From positions 62,001 through 126,000 of the forward strand of contig NMRA01000642.1 in NCBI GenBank assembly GCA_002633005.1: a DNA stretch of 64,000 nt, read 5' to 3'. Source of the DNA: Phoronis australis. Its lineage: Eukaryota > Animalia > Phoronida. This document shows, one piece after another, positions 13,810-26,300 of this stretch; within the stretch, counting starts at the first letter, position 1; each line of letters starts with the position of its first letter. The notes below the pieces were generated by a model, which did no database searches, was not told the DNA's origin, and saw only the letters and a program-made list of their open reading frames with translations. The position numbers and the translations under genes were made by a program.

Positions 13810-14611
13810 GCATTTAGTAAACTGATATGTAATATTGAAGTCTCTAGCTGAAAATTTTAGTTTGCACTCAATGACCTTCGACCTATTTTCTGATTGGTTA
13901 AGCCTATTGCATAGTAAAGTAGGGCGTTGGATTGGCATGGTGACTTACACCAGTGTGCTGAATTTGAAAAGAATTCCTTGAAAAATGTAGGGGATATAAC
14001 GTTAGTTGACCTTTGCACTAATTGACCCTATCCGGTGCATTATCAGCGTCTTTAGGAGAATTATTGCAAAGCCCATGAAAAAATGTGTTTATTGCTGAGA
14101 ATCACAGTTGTCTAACAGTTGACACATCAGAATACTTGGTGAATGAAAAGGTCAAATTTTCAGAAGAAAAATGCACCTAATGACCCTATGTTTGCACTAA
14201 ATGACCTGAAACTTTGGATTCCGAATTGAATTACCTGTGCCAATCAGACCTGTAAATTTGAAGTGTCTAGCTCAAAATTTTAGTTTGCGCCTAAGGACCT
14301 TTGACCTGTTTAACCTGATTGGATGACCTAATTACTTAGAAAAGTAATTTTTTGAATTGCTTTATTGACCTATACCTGTGTACCGAATTTGAAAAGAATA
14401 GATTTTAAAATAAAGGAGTAGGATTTTGAAAATTATATGGTCTTTGCACCAAATGATCTCTTCCGGTGCAATATGGAATATGATTATATAACGAATCAAA
14501 ATTTATTTACTGTCAGAAATGATATGCTGAATTTAAAGAACGTAGCTGCACTCAATTTGGAGTTATTAAGCCTCAAATTTGGTCGGAAGAAGAACAAGAA
14601 CAAGAATAAGA

Positions 14612-14849
14612 ATAAAATTGAAGAAAACCCAGGAACAACACTACTCTGCGCTTGCACGCGGAGTTCTAAGAATAACATTGAAGAAAACCCAGGAACAACA
14701 GTACTCTGCGCTTACACGAGCAGAGTAATAAAATTGAAGAAAACCCAGGAACAACAGTACTCTGCGCTTGCACACGCAGAGTAATAAGAATAAAATTGAA
14801 GAAAACCCAGGAACAACAGTACTCTGCGCTTGCACGCGTAGAGTAATAA
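14612..14849. repeat. Four tandem 56-62 bp units, each ending in a stem-loop
   Basis: attgaagaaaacccaggaacaaca(g/c)tactctgcgctt at 14617, 14677, 14733 and 14795. Confidence 0.95.
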
Positions 14850-15001
14850 CATGTAGAACTTCAATGACGTGAAAACCAGTCTACAATTTGCTTGACACAT
14901 ATTGCGGCATAGTGCGTGAATAGCTTGAGATTCGAGTGTCACTTTATAATTCGAGACGGCCCTGTTTGACATAAAGCAATACAGGCAGCTTTAAGCCTTA
15001 A

Positions 15002-18000
15002 AGTCACTATTTCCTTCACTTTTACCCGCTTAGATCACAAATTGAGCTTTGTCAATCGAAAGATATCACTAAAATTAACACTTTTCGTAAATTACAGCCA
15101 TGTACATACTCTCGTTATTTTAGTATTAATTTTTTAAAATTCATAAAAAGTGGGCGGACATTCAGTCAAACCTCATTATTTATGCGGGGTTGCCAGTGGA
15201 GAGATTACCCATAATGCACTCGAATCAGCTGACGGAAAAGAAACGCGTCAAGTACAAGCTGCCGAGGTGAGTCGTGTTTTGGGACTTCTTGTCAGATAAA
15301 CAAGAAATCAGAACGTACAAACATTTGGAAATCAGAGCTTGATTCTTACGCGTGACAACAAGATTAATTTGTTCTGAACCTCGGTTCTTTCAACTACATG
15401 TATTTCTGTTGCTATCCCGAGCCATTCGAAGTCGTCGTATCCGTGTAGGCCTAGTGTCTATCCTTGTGAGTTGTGTTTCAAACCTGCAATTAAGTCTTTG
15501 TGGTTCATGACTTCGTCGAGCTTGGTTGTTAACGTTTCCTCTTCTGCGAGATTATGTACAACTCGGAGGTGCACAATATCAGTTGCGAGAAATAAGTTTC
15601 CTGCGTGACATTATGATGTTCAATTTCCAGGCCCTGGAAGTGGGTTTGCAAGAGACTATATAGAGCACTGGACCTAGTGCATGGGGTAGGAATGATTCCA
15701 TGGCTGCGTCTCTAAATTACAGAGGCGGATCTAGGATACCATAAAACGGACCCCGACATTTTGTCTTGGGCAATTGTGCTTTACGATTGAATGCGAAATC
15801 CCTGCCGAAAAATCAAGGAGGCTCGAATTTTGGTCCTCATACTACAGAGCAAATAGTGGACAAAAAACGAGAAGGCTTTTGCAGAGGTCCCGCGACACGT
15901 GTGATCGGATCTGAGCCCCCCTCAGCCAAGGGGAGGGGGGGCAGGGCAGGCCGCCTGGGCGCCCCCTAAATCCGCCTATGAGTTTCTCCAAAACCCAATC
16001 CTAACCCAGTAGATGATTTCAATGAAAAATCTGATAGTCATACAGTCGTTGTGTTTGTACTTGTTGGCAAATAAATCCTACAATACAAATAAAAGTTATA
16101 AAATAGTTCTCAATGTAGTCAATGAATTACTCTCATTTTAGGGTCGAGTCAGTCGCATGAATAAAAGAAGGAATTGAGAGACCTACTGTTCGATGTCGCC
16201 AAGCAAGAACCTGAGTTAAAAAATTAGGGTACCAGAGCTCATTTCAGTGGATCATTACCCAGTACCATCAGAAGATCCATCATGGTGCCCGTGTCACAGG
16301 TGTCAAGAAGAGCCAACCGGAAATAAAATTGTGCTGTGGGCAGCAAGCTGCTGTGTTTTCATTGTTACCAGTAAGTATTCACTAAACGGTTGTCTAAAAA
16401 TTTAATCATTATGAAGTTTTTAGTACTGACTACATATATCAGTGGGAAACATTGTACAGACTCCTATAGCTACTTTAATTTTGAGTCTTCAATTGGTTTA
16501 AAAAGATATACAGCCATACAATTCAAATCTCCTTTTGAAGAAAAACAAATATTTGTCCAAGAACTCAAATCAAATCTCAGTAGGAAAATTAATCCCATCC
16601 AAAACCAACCAAATGTCAATTTACAAAAGTATTGGTGAGTTCAGTCAGCATTAATGAAAATAATTTTATACGCTTTGATTGTCCATTGTTGTTTATAATT
16701 CATTTGCAAGAGACAAATGTTCCTTATCAAATCTGCAGTAATGCCAAAACCGCAAGAAAATATATTTTACCAATGCTTTTAGGATTTCCAAGTGTTTTGC
16801 CTGGAGAAGGTGTACCTGCCTTTGAGAAAGTGCAACGAAATGTGATGACACTGAAGCCAGAGACAGATAAGAATGTGTCTAATTGACATCAGGCATACAG
16901 AAACTTTATCTTGGGGCAACATGGACATCTTGGGAGACATGTGGACAGAGTTGCCCAGTCGTGTTTGGACAAATATATTCACAGACTCATTGGGACATAC
17001 AGGCTACACAGTTGTAGCTGAACATTGAAACATGCTTGTTCATAATTGTTACTTTGTGAGATGAAAGCGTTTCACTCTTAGTTCTAAAATCGTGTAATTC
17101 TGTGATTCAAAGTGGGAGGTCTTCGCCACAACTTTATGGAGTGTCAGATAACTGGTTCCAAATGTTTCAGCATTGATCCAGGGGCTATAATGTTCACTGT
17201 TAACATCTGTTCATATTTTCCCCCAAAAATTTATCATTAACATACCGTGTTGTCTATATTTCTATTGCTACTCAACATTTCATAAATGCATTATTTAGGC
17301 ATCAAATGAGTTAATTGCATGAGAATACTTCAATGTATTTTAAGAGCAAGAGAAATCTTTATCAGCCAATTTGAAGTATAAGTAATAGGAGTGTGACAAT
17401 TAGTCTGAAAATTTGCTCTTATTTTATGCCTCATTGGTAAAATAGTACAATGTCTCAGAATTTTATTTTGCTTTTAACACCGGAGGTACATGTACGGATC
17501 ATCTGAAATAAAAGCCAGCGATGATTTTGAATAGTTCTTTGTTGGCTAATATCTATGTTATACTGAAAGCAAACTATAAATAAATTCAGCTACCAAAAAC
17601 TTCGTGTTTTTAACACTAGAATACCGTTTATAAAGGACTTAAACTGAGGTTGAATTGTAATGTCTAAAACTTCAATAAATCACTGAAGAGATTTAGACTA
17701 AGGTATTCTACAAATGATTTTGTACATAAAGGAGAGTATAAGTGACGTAGTTTTAGCAGCATGTGCGTTGACTACAAACGCAATTTCTAAGAAAACTAAA
17801 GCAACAAATGTACAAACATCACAACTACATGTATTAGTGTGAACTTTTTATTTTTTAGTATAGTATAAAAAGTCCATTTGGATTTTGACTTGCAACAAGA
17901 ACCTAGATCATTCTTAAATTATTTACAGTCATGTAGTCCAACAGGCCCCAATTTCAAAAAACTAGTCATGGATTGAACTTTTCAAAAACTGTGTTTCATA

Positions 18001-18674
18001 GTTAGACTAGGGACAAGGACTTCAAAAAATGAACCTTACTCAGAAGTACAGCACACCCGATTTTTGCCTATTTAATGATTCTAAAAGCAACTTCCCACCT
18101 ACATGTAGTTCTCTACAACAGATTAATGCTCCGTAACCATCGACAAACCTCAAAACCTGGTGGAAAATTTCAAGTCTGCTAAACGGTAAAAGCATCACCT
18201 ACGCTTTTAGCGAATTACACGCAACTGTGGGAAAAAACCACCGACCAAGAACCATGTCTAATTTGTGAGATAGGGGTATGAGTTTTTAGGTGATTCCTAT
18301 TTTTGTCTTTCCTGATTAACGCCAATAATGCATTAGCAGATGACAGAATGAGCATTGGGCAAAATTATCAGACCTGGTTTTCTGGTTGTTTAGCCATGGC
18401 CCATAATCAAAAGTTGCGACATTTTCTGATTTAAAGCTCCATATCTTGAAATTAACCGAAACTCCAAGTTTATATTCGACACTCGAATGTTCGATTGACA
18501 CTTCGTACGGCCTCCATTTATTTCTTGGTGCACCACACCAAAACTAAAAATTAAGCTAAAAATCTGCATTAAATTCAGTTCATTATGGAAAAAATCGATG
18601 TCATGGCGAAGAAGTGTTTGCGTAAAGATCCGTTTCATGAAGTTTTTAACAAAAATGAAGCAGAAATAGTGCCT
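15002..18674 (+). mobile_element. Kolobok-type DNA transposon derivative with a decayed KolX (P2X7 C-terminal-like) gene
   Basis: TTAA at 14998-15001 and 18675-18678; TIRs agtcactatttc / gaaatagtgcct. Remnant peptides PSWCPCHRCQEEPT-/-EIKLCCG (16277-16340) and HQAYRNFILGQHGHLGRHVDRVAQSC (from 16887). Confidence 0.8.
15720..15980 (+). mobile_element. MITE (GGCGGATC family) nested in the Kolobok
   Basis: Inverted ends cagaggcggatctagg / cctaaatccgcctatg. Confidence 0.7.
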
Positions 18675-19046
18675 TTAACAAAAGGAGCAGGACAATAAAT
18701 ATTCTAAATAGACTTTCAACTGGAACCAATATTGATACCTAGAATGTAACAAACTAGAAATCTGCCAAGGCCAAAAGGTCTATATACACCTGTCAAGTCT
18801 TTTAAGGCCCCATAGTACGAGCAGGTGTTGTAATAATTCAGCTTAAACTCTTATGCCACCTCTTTACTGTGCATGCATGAGCGTTTAACGGATATATAAT
18901 GTAAATAGATATTAATGGCTATCGCTAGAGCTTACATGTATCTTCAGCCTAAGAAGAGACTTAGTAATAAGATTCAGTTTCACTCACAATTTGTGTCTCA
19001 AATAATACTAATCTTTATCATACATGGAACGTGAATCTTTTTTCAG

Positions 19047-19293
19047 AGTTGTCGAGACTGCTGAGAACAAGACGGTGATTACTTTTGATGGAGACAGTGA
19101 TCATGTAATTAGCTTTGACGAAATCAAGCATGTTCTCTCTACCGTCGGCATCTCTAAAGATACTGACGAGGATATCAATTCTATGTTAGAGGTTGCTGAC
19201 ACAAACAAAAACGGCATCTTGACCGATTCCGAGTTGACTCAATTTATACACTCCATTCTCATGGAAATTGTCGGAAGTGGCAAATCACAATGA
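19047..19293 (+). CDS. EF-hand gene 1, terminal exon with EF3 and EF4
   Basis: tttcag acceptor, phase matches the previous exon; loops DGDSDHVISFDE and DTNKNGILTDSE; TGA at 19291-19293; ATTAAA near 19391. Confidence 0.9.
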
Positions 19294-20628
19294 AATTCTG
19301 GCGTCACTTATCAGCAAATGTCTAGAAAAAATGTTTCCTTGTCTTAACCTATTTCAAATTTGACTCTGTATTTATGAAAGACTGCAGACAATTAAAAGAC
19401 GATTTAATTATTTGTGGTGTGTGTTTCATTTTTGTTTCATGATTACGAGCAACTACAATAGATAACAGAGCTGCAAGCAAAGAGAAACATTTGTATTGTC
19501 TGCTGTCTCTGGTATCCGGAATAAAGGACAGCGCACGTGCTCATTGTAAGTGTAATGAGAATGAAGACCGGTTTAGATAAACCAGAGTCGCTGTGGGAGA
19601 AATATTCGGAAAATTGGGCTCGATCTGAGATTGTCGCATTCAAGAGTTGTCTAACTTCAGCTCAGGCCAGACAAATGCTATTTGATATGAATTTTCTCAA
19701 AATTAATGGTGGAATTAGGACTTAAAGGATGATGTGGAATCGTTGCGGTGTTTTTTATGCCATCGAAACAATGACGACATGTAAAAAACCTTCATGTCCG
19801 TTACTGGCGTCTGAAAAAAGGCACAGAGAGAATATGACCGCGGAATTCCAGAAATATAAAATACGTTTATGTTGGAAGCCTAAGTAAATGTCATGCAGTG
19901 TAGATGTAGAGACAGAGATTGGACTCATCAGTTATTCTTTACATTAATGACCGCTCTGTGACTGCAACTCCTTAGATAATCTCTCACTCGATGTATGCGT
20001 TGATGTTAGGTCGTGGTTAGTGCGCGATGCATTGATAAGAATGACTGCACGAGATCATCAGGCAAAAGTGGGAACATGACATACCACGGTTATTTTCAAA
20101 TATAGCTTATTTATACAACTAGGTGGAGTGATTAAAAACTGGTATATTTATTTGGAAGCCTTTCTTGCCAAAACACAGTACCACCTGGCGTTGGATTTCA
20201 AGACTATGCAAACCCGACCTGGTGCAGATTATGTAACAATCAGAACTAGAGAAAACCTATTACGCACGTTCCCCATATCTTGTTTCTAGCAATAATGTCC
20301 GAAGTGGATAATTGTTCTGTCCAAGAGTGAGTTTCTTTCTTGATTGAATAGAACGTGGTTTTCAAGAGAGGCATTGCTTTCCCAGGGTTCCCTTCTGCCT
20401 ACTGGATAGGGACTGCAAATTTCATGAAATTCTGTCAAGGAACTTCGAAGATACAGATGAAAATGAAAAAAATTAGTCGAGAGAAAAGAGTGGTGGTTAG
20501 TTCCGTTCAAAAGGCGTCGCTCTTTTGTGTCAATCTCAAGTAAATACGTTTAGGAAAGTTCTTGCGAGGAATTCGTGAGATACTGCGCCGTTTCAAGAAA
20601 CAAAATTTTAAACATTCTCAATTAGAAA

Positions 20629-20647
20629 TGGCCACCAGGTGGCACAA
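20629..20647 (+). promoter_or_regulatory. CTCF-like motif
   Basis: tggccaccaggtggcacaa resembles the bilaterian CTCF consensus; motif match only. Confidence 0.3.
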
Positions 20648-21932
20648 GAAGGCAGCGTCGCTTCCTAAACATAGTCGAATTACGAAGGTACTTAAACAGC
20701 ACACCAGCGTTAAAACTCATTTGCTATTTCATCTATTATAGAAACATATCAGAAAAATTTCTCCAATCCCCCAAGAGGTTTTAAAGATGCATCAGCGGAC
20801 AAGCAGGATGACTGCACAATGCAGTTAAATATAAATACGTGGGAACGTATTTGACTTCCTTAACAAGACATTTCCTTAAAAACACCTTTTGAACGACAAC
20901 TGGCAGTGGTGGGCTGGGAAATGGGCCGCAACGACCAAGGACAGAAGAGGTGGCGACAGAAGGAATCTAAAAATTGAGTCTAGGTGTGGGGGGGGGGGTT
21001 GACGAATGCATTTGGTTTGTGCTCCCCTCGGTAACATTCACCTTAAAGTACAACCTCTTAATCTCCCACATGTGACTGTTGACGAGCTTGCGAGTAGGGA
21101 GGGGGTGTTGCAGACGTTCCGTTTTAGAAATTGCCCAAAATCTTGCATTGTGGGTCTGGGCTTATCATCAGAGATCATAGAGAGGGAGACATATCTGTTA
21201 GCGGAATCCCAGTGGAGGGCCACTGGCGAACCCTGTTCTTTCATGGGCCATAGTGACATCTAGCGGGCTTTGCTCTGAGCAATACAAATAAGGTGGATCA
21301 ATCGTCGCTGATACGAAATAATCTATTAATTTCCTTTGCGTTGTGGTGCTCCAGGTATTGTGGTTTTTTAATCCTGAGTGCTGTGAAGTGAATACATGTA
21401 CATGTACCTTGCCACAACGTGTCCCGTGCTTCAATTTGTGATATTTTGACTGCAGTTCGAGGTGCATATTTGTTTTATACCGTGATATAGTTGATTTGTA
21501 TCAGACAAGCAACGTGCACTGAGCAATCAACCATATTTATTACTCGAAACTATCCCGCACTAAACACACTGAGAGATGGTGCCACCTGGCGAGCATCGCA
21601 CACATTAAAGGCGAAGGCAACCTTTTTCCATGTCATTTTGAGCTAAAATAAGGTGGGTTGGTTATCCTAGGCATATTTTCCATTTTTCGTAATTTTATTA
21701 ATTACTCTTCCGCTACTCCGGAAGTGACGTTTTAGGAGGCAAGCGTTTCCCGCCACTTGGTTTTACGTTGAATTTACCGTGCGAATCTGCTCTATTCTAC
21801 TTTTGTTTTGTGCTGTTTTTTAAATAATTGTCGCCACCACTTTCCGTCGGCGAGTATTCTGCGGCAAGATAGGTTAGTAGAGATCTCAACTACGTTGGAT
21901 TTAGGGATTGTTTAGTGTGTTGTAAGCTGAAA

Positions 21933-22237
21933 ATGGCTGGAGTCGGTGACCCGTATCACAGTGACAGTAGTGTGAGTGACGAAGACCTTGTTCACAGCAG
22001 TGGCGACGAGGAATTTTTTCACGGACATTCAGTGGGTGGGTACTTGTTTGAGCCCGAGTATATCGAGGCAGAGTACGCACAGGCACAGGCAGCTGCTGAG
22101 AGGAACGAGGCGGCTACTGAGGACAGACGTGGTGACATATCTTGGTGCAAATGCACTGTGTGCGTTGTTACACCTACCTCAATGGAATGCTTGTGCTGTT
22201 CAGAGTTCAACGAGGACAAGCCACTACTGGACGTGGG
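21933..22237 (+). pseudogene. KolX / P2X7 C-terminal-like protein, N-terminal fragment
   Basis: YLFEPE...SWCKCTVC..TPTSMECLCCSE; the C-terminal half is absent. End coordinate approximate. Confidence 0.8.
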
Positions 22238-23012
22238 TAAGTGGACCTCCGGCACACCACAGACAGAGGAACAACTGTCCCACTTGCCAGAGTGTCCCGC
22301 GACACACTCCCACTGGATGGTGACCTGAGCACCCAAACTGCTTACATCGTGTCGTGTGACTCCCTCGCCACACACCTGACACCTTCTAAATAGACAAGTC
22401 CACAATAAATTTATCAAAGTTTGGCTCATCGGTCTGTTCGCTGAACGACAAACTGTCCTCTTCACTGGAGGTCGAACTAGGCCTGTAATCACTGCCACTA
22501 CTCAATATCGCTGCAGGGCTGCTTACAGGCTCTGGGCTGGAGAAAACAGCACAGGGCGAATCACTACTGGTTCCAGGAATTGCACGCTCTGGGGTACGTT
22601 CGGTGGCACGGGTGACAGTAGATGAAGTGCCTCCACTTGCTCCAGTCACTGTACTGGCCACAGCTCGCGAGGCTTCTCGCTTCAAAAACGCACATCTCGG
22701 GGGTGGCGACGGGGCACTGCCGGGAATCTACACAGACGGAATGGCATCCTTCTTCAGGCGTTGTTTCGCAGGGACCTTCATCAGTTCAGCATACAAATCC
22801 CTTTCGTAACCGGAGGGCAGAAAGTGCTTGCCACACACACGGTAATTCTCCACTGCTTTGTACGTTGCGTGGACGGGTAACGCTGCGTTCTTTACACGAA
22901 CGAGCCAAGTACGGCGAAGTGTGTCATCCATCGGAAAGCGATGCAAACGTACTCCCAAAGCGCGCGTGAGCCGATAATTAGTACATTCCGGTACGCAGCA
23001 ACAGTGTGGCAT
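22238..23012 (-). pseudogene. Kolobok transposase N-terminus (THAP plus Cys/His region), DDE core deleted
   Basis: MPHCCCVPEC..LHRFP..W..RVCGKHF..LKKDAIPSV followed by a stop; downstream KFIVD..CQVCG..GAQVTIQWECVAGH..W across frameshifts. Confidence 0.85.
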
Positions 23013-23379
23013 GTTGACTGACTAGTAAATTAAAGCAAACGACGACGGAACTTAACACAACCGAGGTAGAACATTGACTGACTCTGCAGCTCTCACAGTC
23101 AGACTATATGAAAAGAAATTGGCGCGAAATGCTTGCCTCCTAAAACGTCACTTCCGCAGTAGCGGACGAGTAATTAATAAAATTACGAAAAGCTGTAATT
23201 AAGTGGAAAATATGTCTAGGATAACCGAAAAACCTTATTTTAGCCTTTAACACCTCCCCTGTTTTAACGAAGCTAAACAAGAAAAAACTGACAGATAAGA
23301 GAACAAGAACATGAGAAACCTTAAACTACATGGAATGAACATGGCCTCGCCATAAGGGCAAGTACTTAACAACAGGTCA

Positions 23380-26300
23380 GATATCTAAACGCTTTGGAGG
23401 AACCACAACCCTACCAGAACGAGTAACATATCGAGTAGTCAGCTTAACCACACTTGGGACGTCCGGGACAGGTGTGCTAGGTGTGCGAGACACAGACGGA
23501 CTGTCTGGTTAAGAAACTACAACGGTACCATCTACAGGCGGACTAGCTGGAGGGCGGACTACTGGCGAAGTAACACTGTCCGGCGGCATCTGTGGCACCT
23601 CCGACCTTGTAGGAACAGGGCGTAAATGTGCCCGGGACCTCCGCAAGTAGCAAAATGGCGTCCTTACAACATAGGAGCGGGCGTTACTTCTATCAACGAT
23701 TTTACCAAAATACCAGGGCATGTGTTTCAGATGAGGGGGCGGTTTGGCATAAACGTTTTCACCAACACTGAGAGAAGGGACAATACGAGCAATTGGGTCA
23801 TAAGTTGCTTGGGACTTTAATCGTTTTTTCTCAATGCAGGACGAGACAAGGTCATGACAATCTTGCTTGAGCAAAGACGGGTGAATTGGGAGTATACATG
23901 TACTGCGTAAACGCCTTGCCAAACATCGCTGAACAAGGCTCAGATCATGTCCCTGTTGAGGAGTGTTTGGATACATCAATAGTGCTAGGTTTACGTCATC
24001 ACACTTCTTAAGAAATGATTTAATCAGCCTTACTATTGCCTTTGGGCCATTGCGGGGACGAGGTAACGTGTCGAACTCCGTAGGCTTGGTAGAAGTTATC
24101 GAAATCGGCACTAAGAAATTGTTGCCCATTATCAGTTACAAGTGTCTCTGGAATACCATATCTTGCAAAATGCCCTTTTGACTTCAATATGGCTGTATTC
24201 GACAAAGTATCGGCAAGTTCATCCACCTCAATGAAATCAGAATAGTGATCGACAGTCACTAAATAATGCCGAGACTTATACTGGTATAGATCCTGGCTCA
24301 CTAGCTGCAAAGGGTAAGAGGGTATGGGTTGAGAAAGCATGGGTTGCTTTGGATTATCTCACCCAAACCTGGCACACTCCCCACACGAAGCACACAACTC
24401 CCTGACGGCAGCCTGCCACCCAGGCCAATACAATGTTTCCTTGCACATACGTATGCAGCACCAGTGTGAGCACAATGAATACGAGCCAACATCTTGCTCC
24501 TGAGAGCAGAGGGAACATCGACCTGATCTCCCCGGTAGACCAGACCATCCTGAATTGAGAGCTCGTCACGATTGGACCAATACGCAGACAGATGAGACGG
24601 AATATGCTGTCGGTGTTGAGGCCAACCTGTCTGTATGAGAGTAATTAAATCTTGCAGTTCAGTGTCACCAGATGTGGTCTCCTGGAGCTCAAGTGCAGTT
24701 TTTGGCAACAGGAAAGGGTTCGGCTGAGACTGTGCAGCATCTAGTCTGAAGAGTTCAAAGGTCGTGGGTTTAGTGACATTGGGCTCACGGAGCGGTGCTC
24801 TTGACAAACTGTCTGCAATCTTCAACGACGTCCCTTTGCGATACTCTACAGAAACCTTGTAGCGCTGATGTCGCATTAGTAGTTTCTGCAACCTTAGGGG
24901 AGCTTTAAAAAGAGGCTTGTGGAAAATACTGAACAGTGGCTGATGGTCTGTGTGAACAACAACAGACTTGCCATACAGCCAAAGAAACCAACTTCTCACA
25001 AGCAGCACATATTGCTTAAGTTTCGTTTTCAATCTGGGCCCACATCTTCTCATTAGGACGAAGAGTACATGACATAAATGCAGCCGGTTGGAGGGCTCCC
25101 GCATCATCAGGTTGAAGGAGGGAACCTCCGAGACCAAATTCAGATGTATCAACTTGTAGGACAACAGACAGGGCGCCGCCGAGATCAGAGCCTTGGTGGC
25201 ATCAAAAGCGTTTTGGGCAACAGATGTCCAAGCAAATTCCATGTCCTTTCTAATTAGATCATACAAGCGCTTCACTGTCTGTGACAACCTGGGACAAAAA
25301 GCACTCAAGTAATTGGCCATGCCTAGGAAGCGTTCAAGAACCTTTTTGTCTGAGGGAATAGGCATTTCAACTATGGCCTTTACTTTGGAGGGATCACGGG
25401 GAAATTCCTTCCTCGGCTATGTAATGTCCCATGAAACTAATTGAAGACAACTTGAATTGAAGTTTTTGGAATTCAGCTGCAGAGAACGATCAAGTGCTTT
25501 CCGCAAGAGTGCAATGAGATTACGGTCATGACAAAGCTCAGCCCCCCGGGGAGTATCACTTGTTCCAAAAACCAAGATGTCGTCAGCAATACAAGAGATG
25601 CCGTGTAAACCCTTTAAAGCCTCATGATTTCGTTTCTGAAACTCTTCCGGAGCGGAAGATATTCCATAGGGCAGACGATTCCAGCGATAACGTCCCCAAG
25701 GGGTGCGCATGGTAGTGGTTAGGCTCGAGTTATAGTCCAAACGAACCTGGGTAAACCCATCAAGTGCGTAAACTATTGTAAAACATTTGTGTTTTTCTCA
25801 CTCAGGCGGTGCAGAAGCTCTTTAATAGTTGGAATGATGTAATTTGGAATGACAAAGGCCTTGTTAACAGTCATACTAGGATCAAGGCGTATCGTGTGTT
25901 AACCATGGGGGGTCTGTTTTTCCACTATGTGCATATTAGAACACTAGTCAGTGGGTTCATCTACACGTAATTTTATCAGCTTTCCTGAAGCTACCATTTC
26001 ATCAAGCTTAGCCTTAACGCGATCCTGCTTTGAAAGAGGGAGTCGGTGAATGGGTGCATGTCTAGGTGTTACAGTGGGGTCCATGGTGAACGATACTGGC
26101 TTACCAATATCACCTAAACCACTGAAAACATCTGAGAATTGAGACAAAACCGAGTCTTTAGTTAATAGGCTACTGCTGGGGTCTAGTGGAGTTTCAGAAA
26201 TCTGGTATGCAGACCCATAAACACGTGTTTGATCATAGTTCATCGTTTGCATATCAAGTACACGTACAGTTGTCTTACACAATAGGGCAGGCCTGACTGT

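Larger units (their letters stand above)
13328..14849 (+). mobile_element. Non-autonomous Helentron/HINE-like element; its 5' piece probably lies at about 11018-11057, separated by the LINE
   Basis: Internal tgacct-rich core repeats, an (AAGAAC/T)n microsatellite at 14587-14613, and a terminal stem-loop tactctgcgcttgcacgcgcagagta. A short inverted repeat tgtcac...gtgaca lies left of the LINE TSD. Confidence 0.6.
21609..23246. mobile_element. Internally deleted Kolobok transposon inserted in the Gypsy 3' LTR
   Basis: TTAA TSD at 21605-21608 and 23247-23250; AGGC...GCCT ends; about 120-bp imperfect TIRs; convergent KolX and THAP-transposase fragments. Confidence 0.9.

Noticed and set aside
14612-14849. 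CRISPR-like palindromic repeat array
   Set aside because: No unique spacers and no cas genes; eukaryotic context; units are tandem copies of a TE end.
21915-22328. Host P2X7 receptor gene
   Set aside because: Only a truncated Cys-rich fragment, inside TTAA-flanked Kolobok TIRs; no channel domain.
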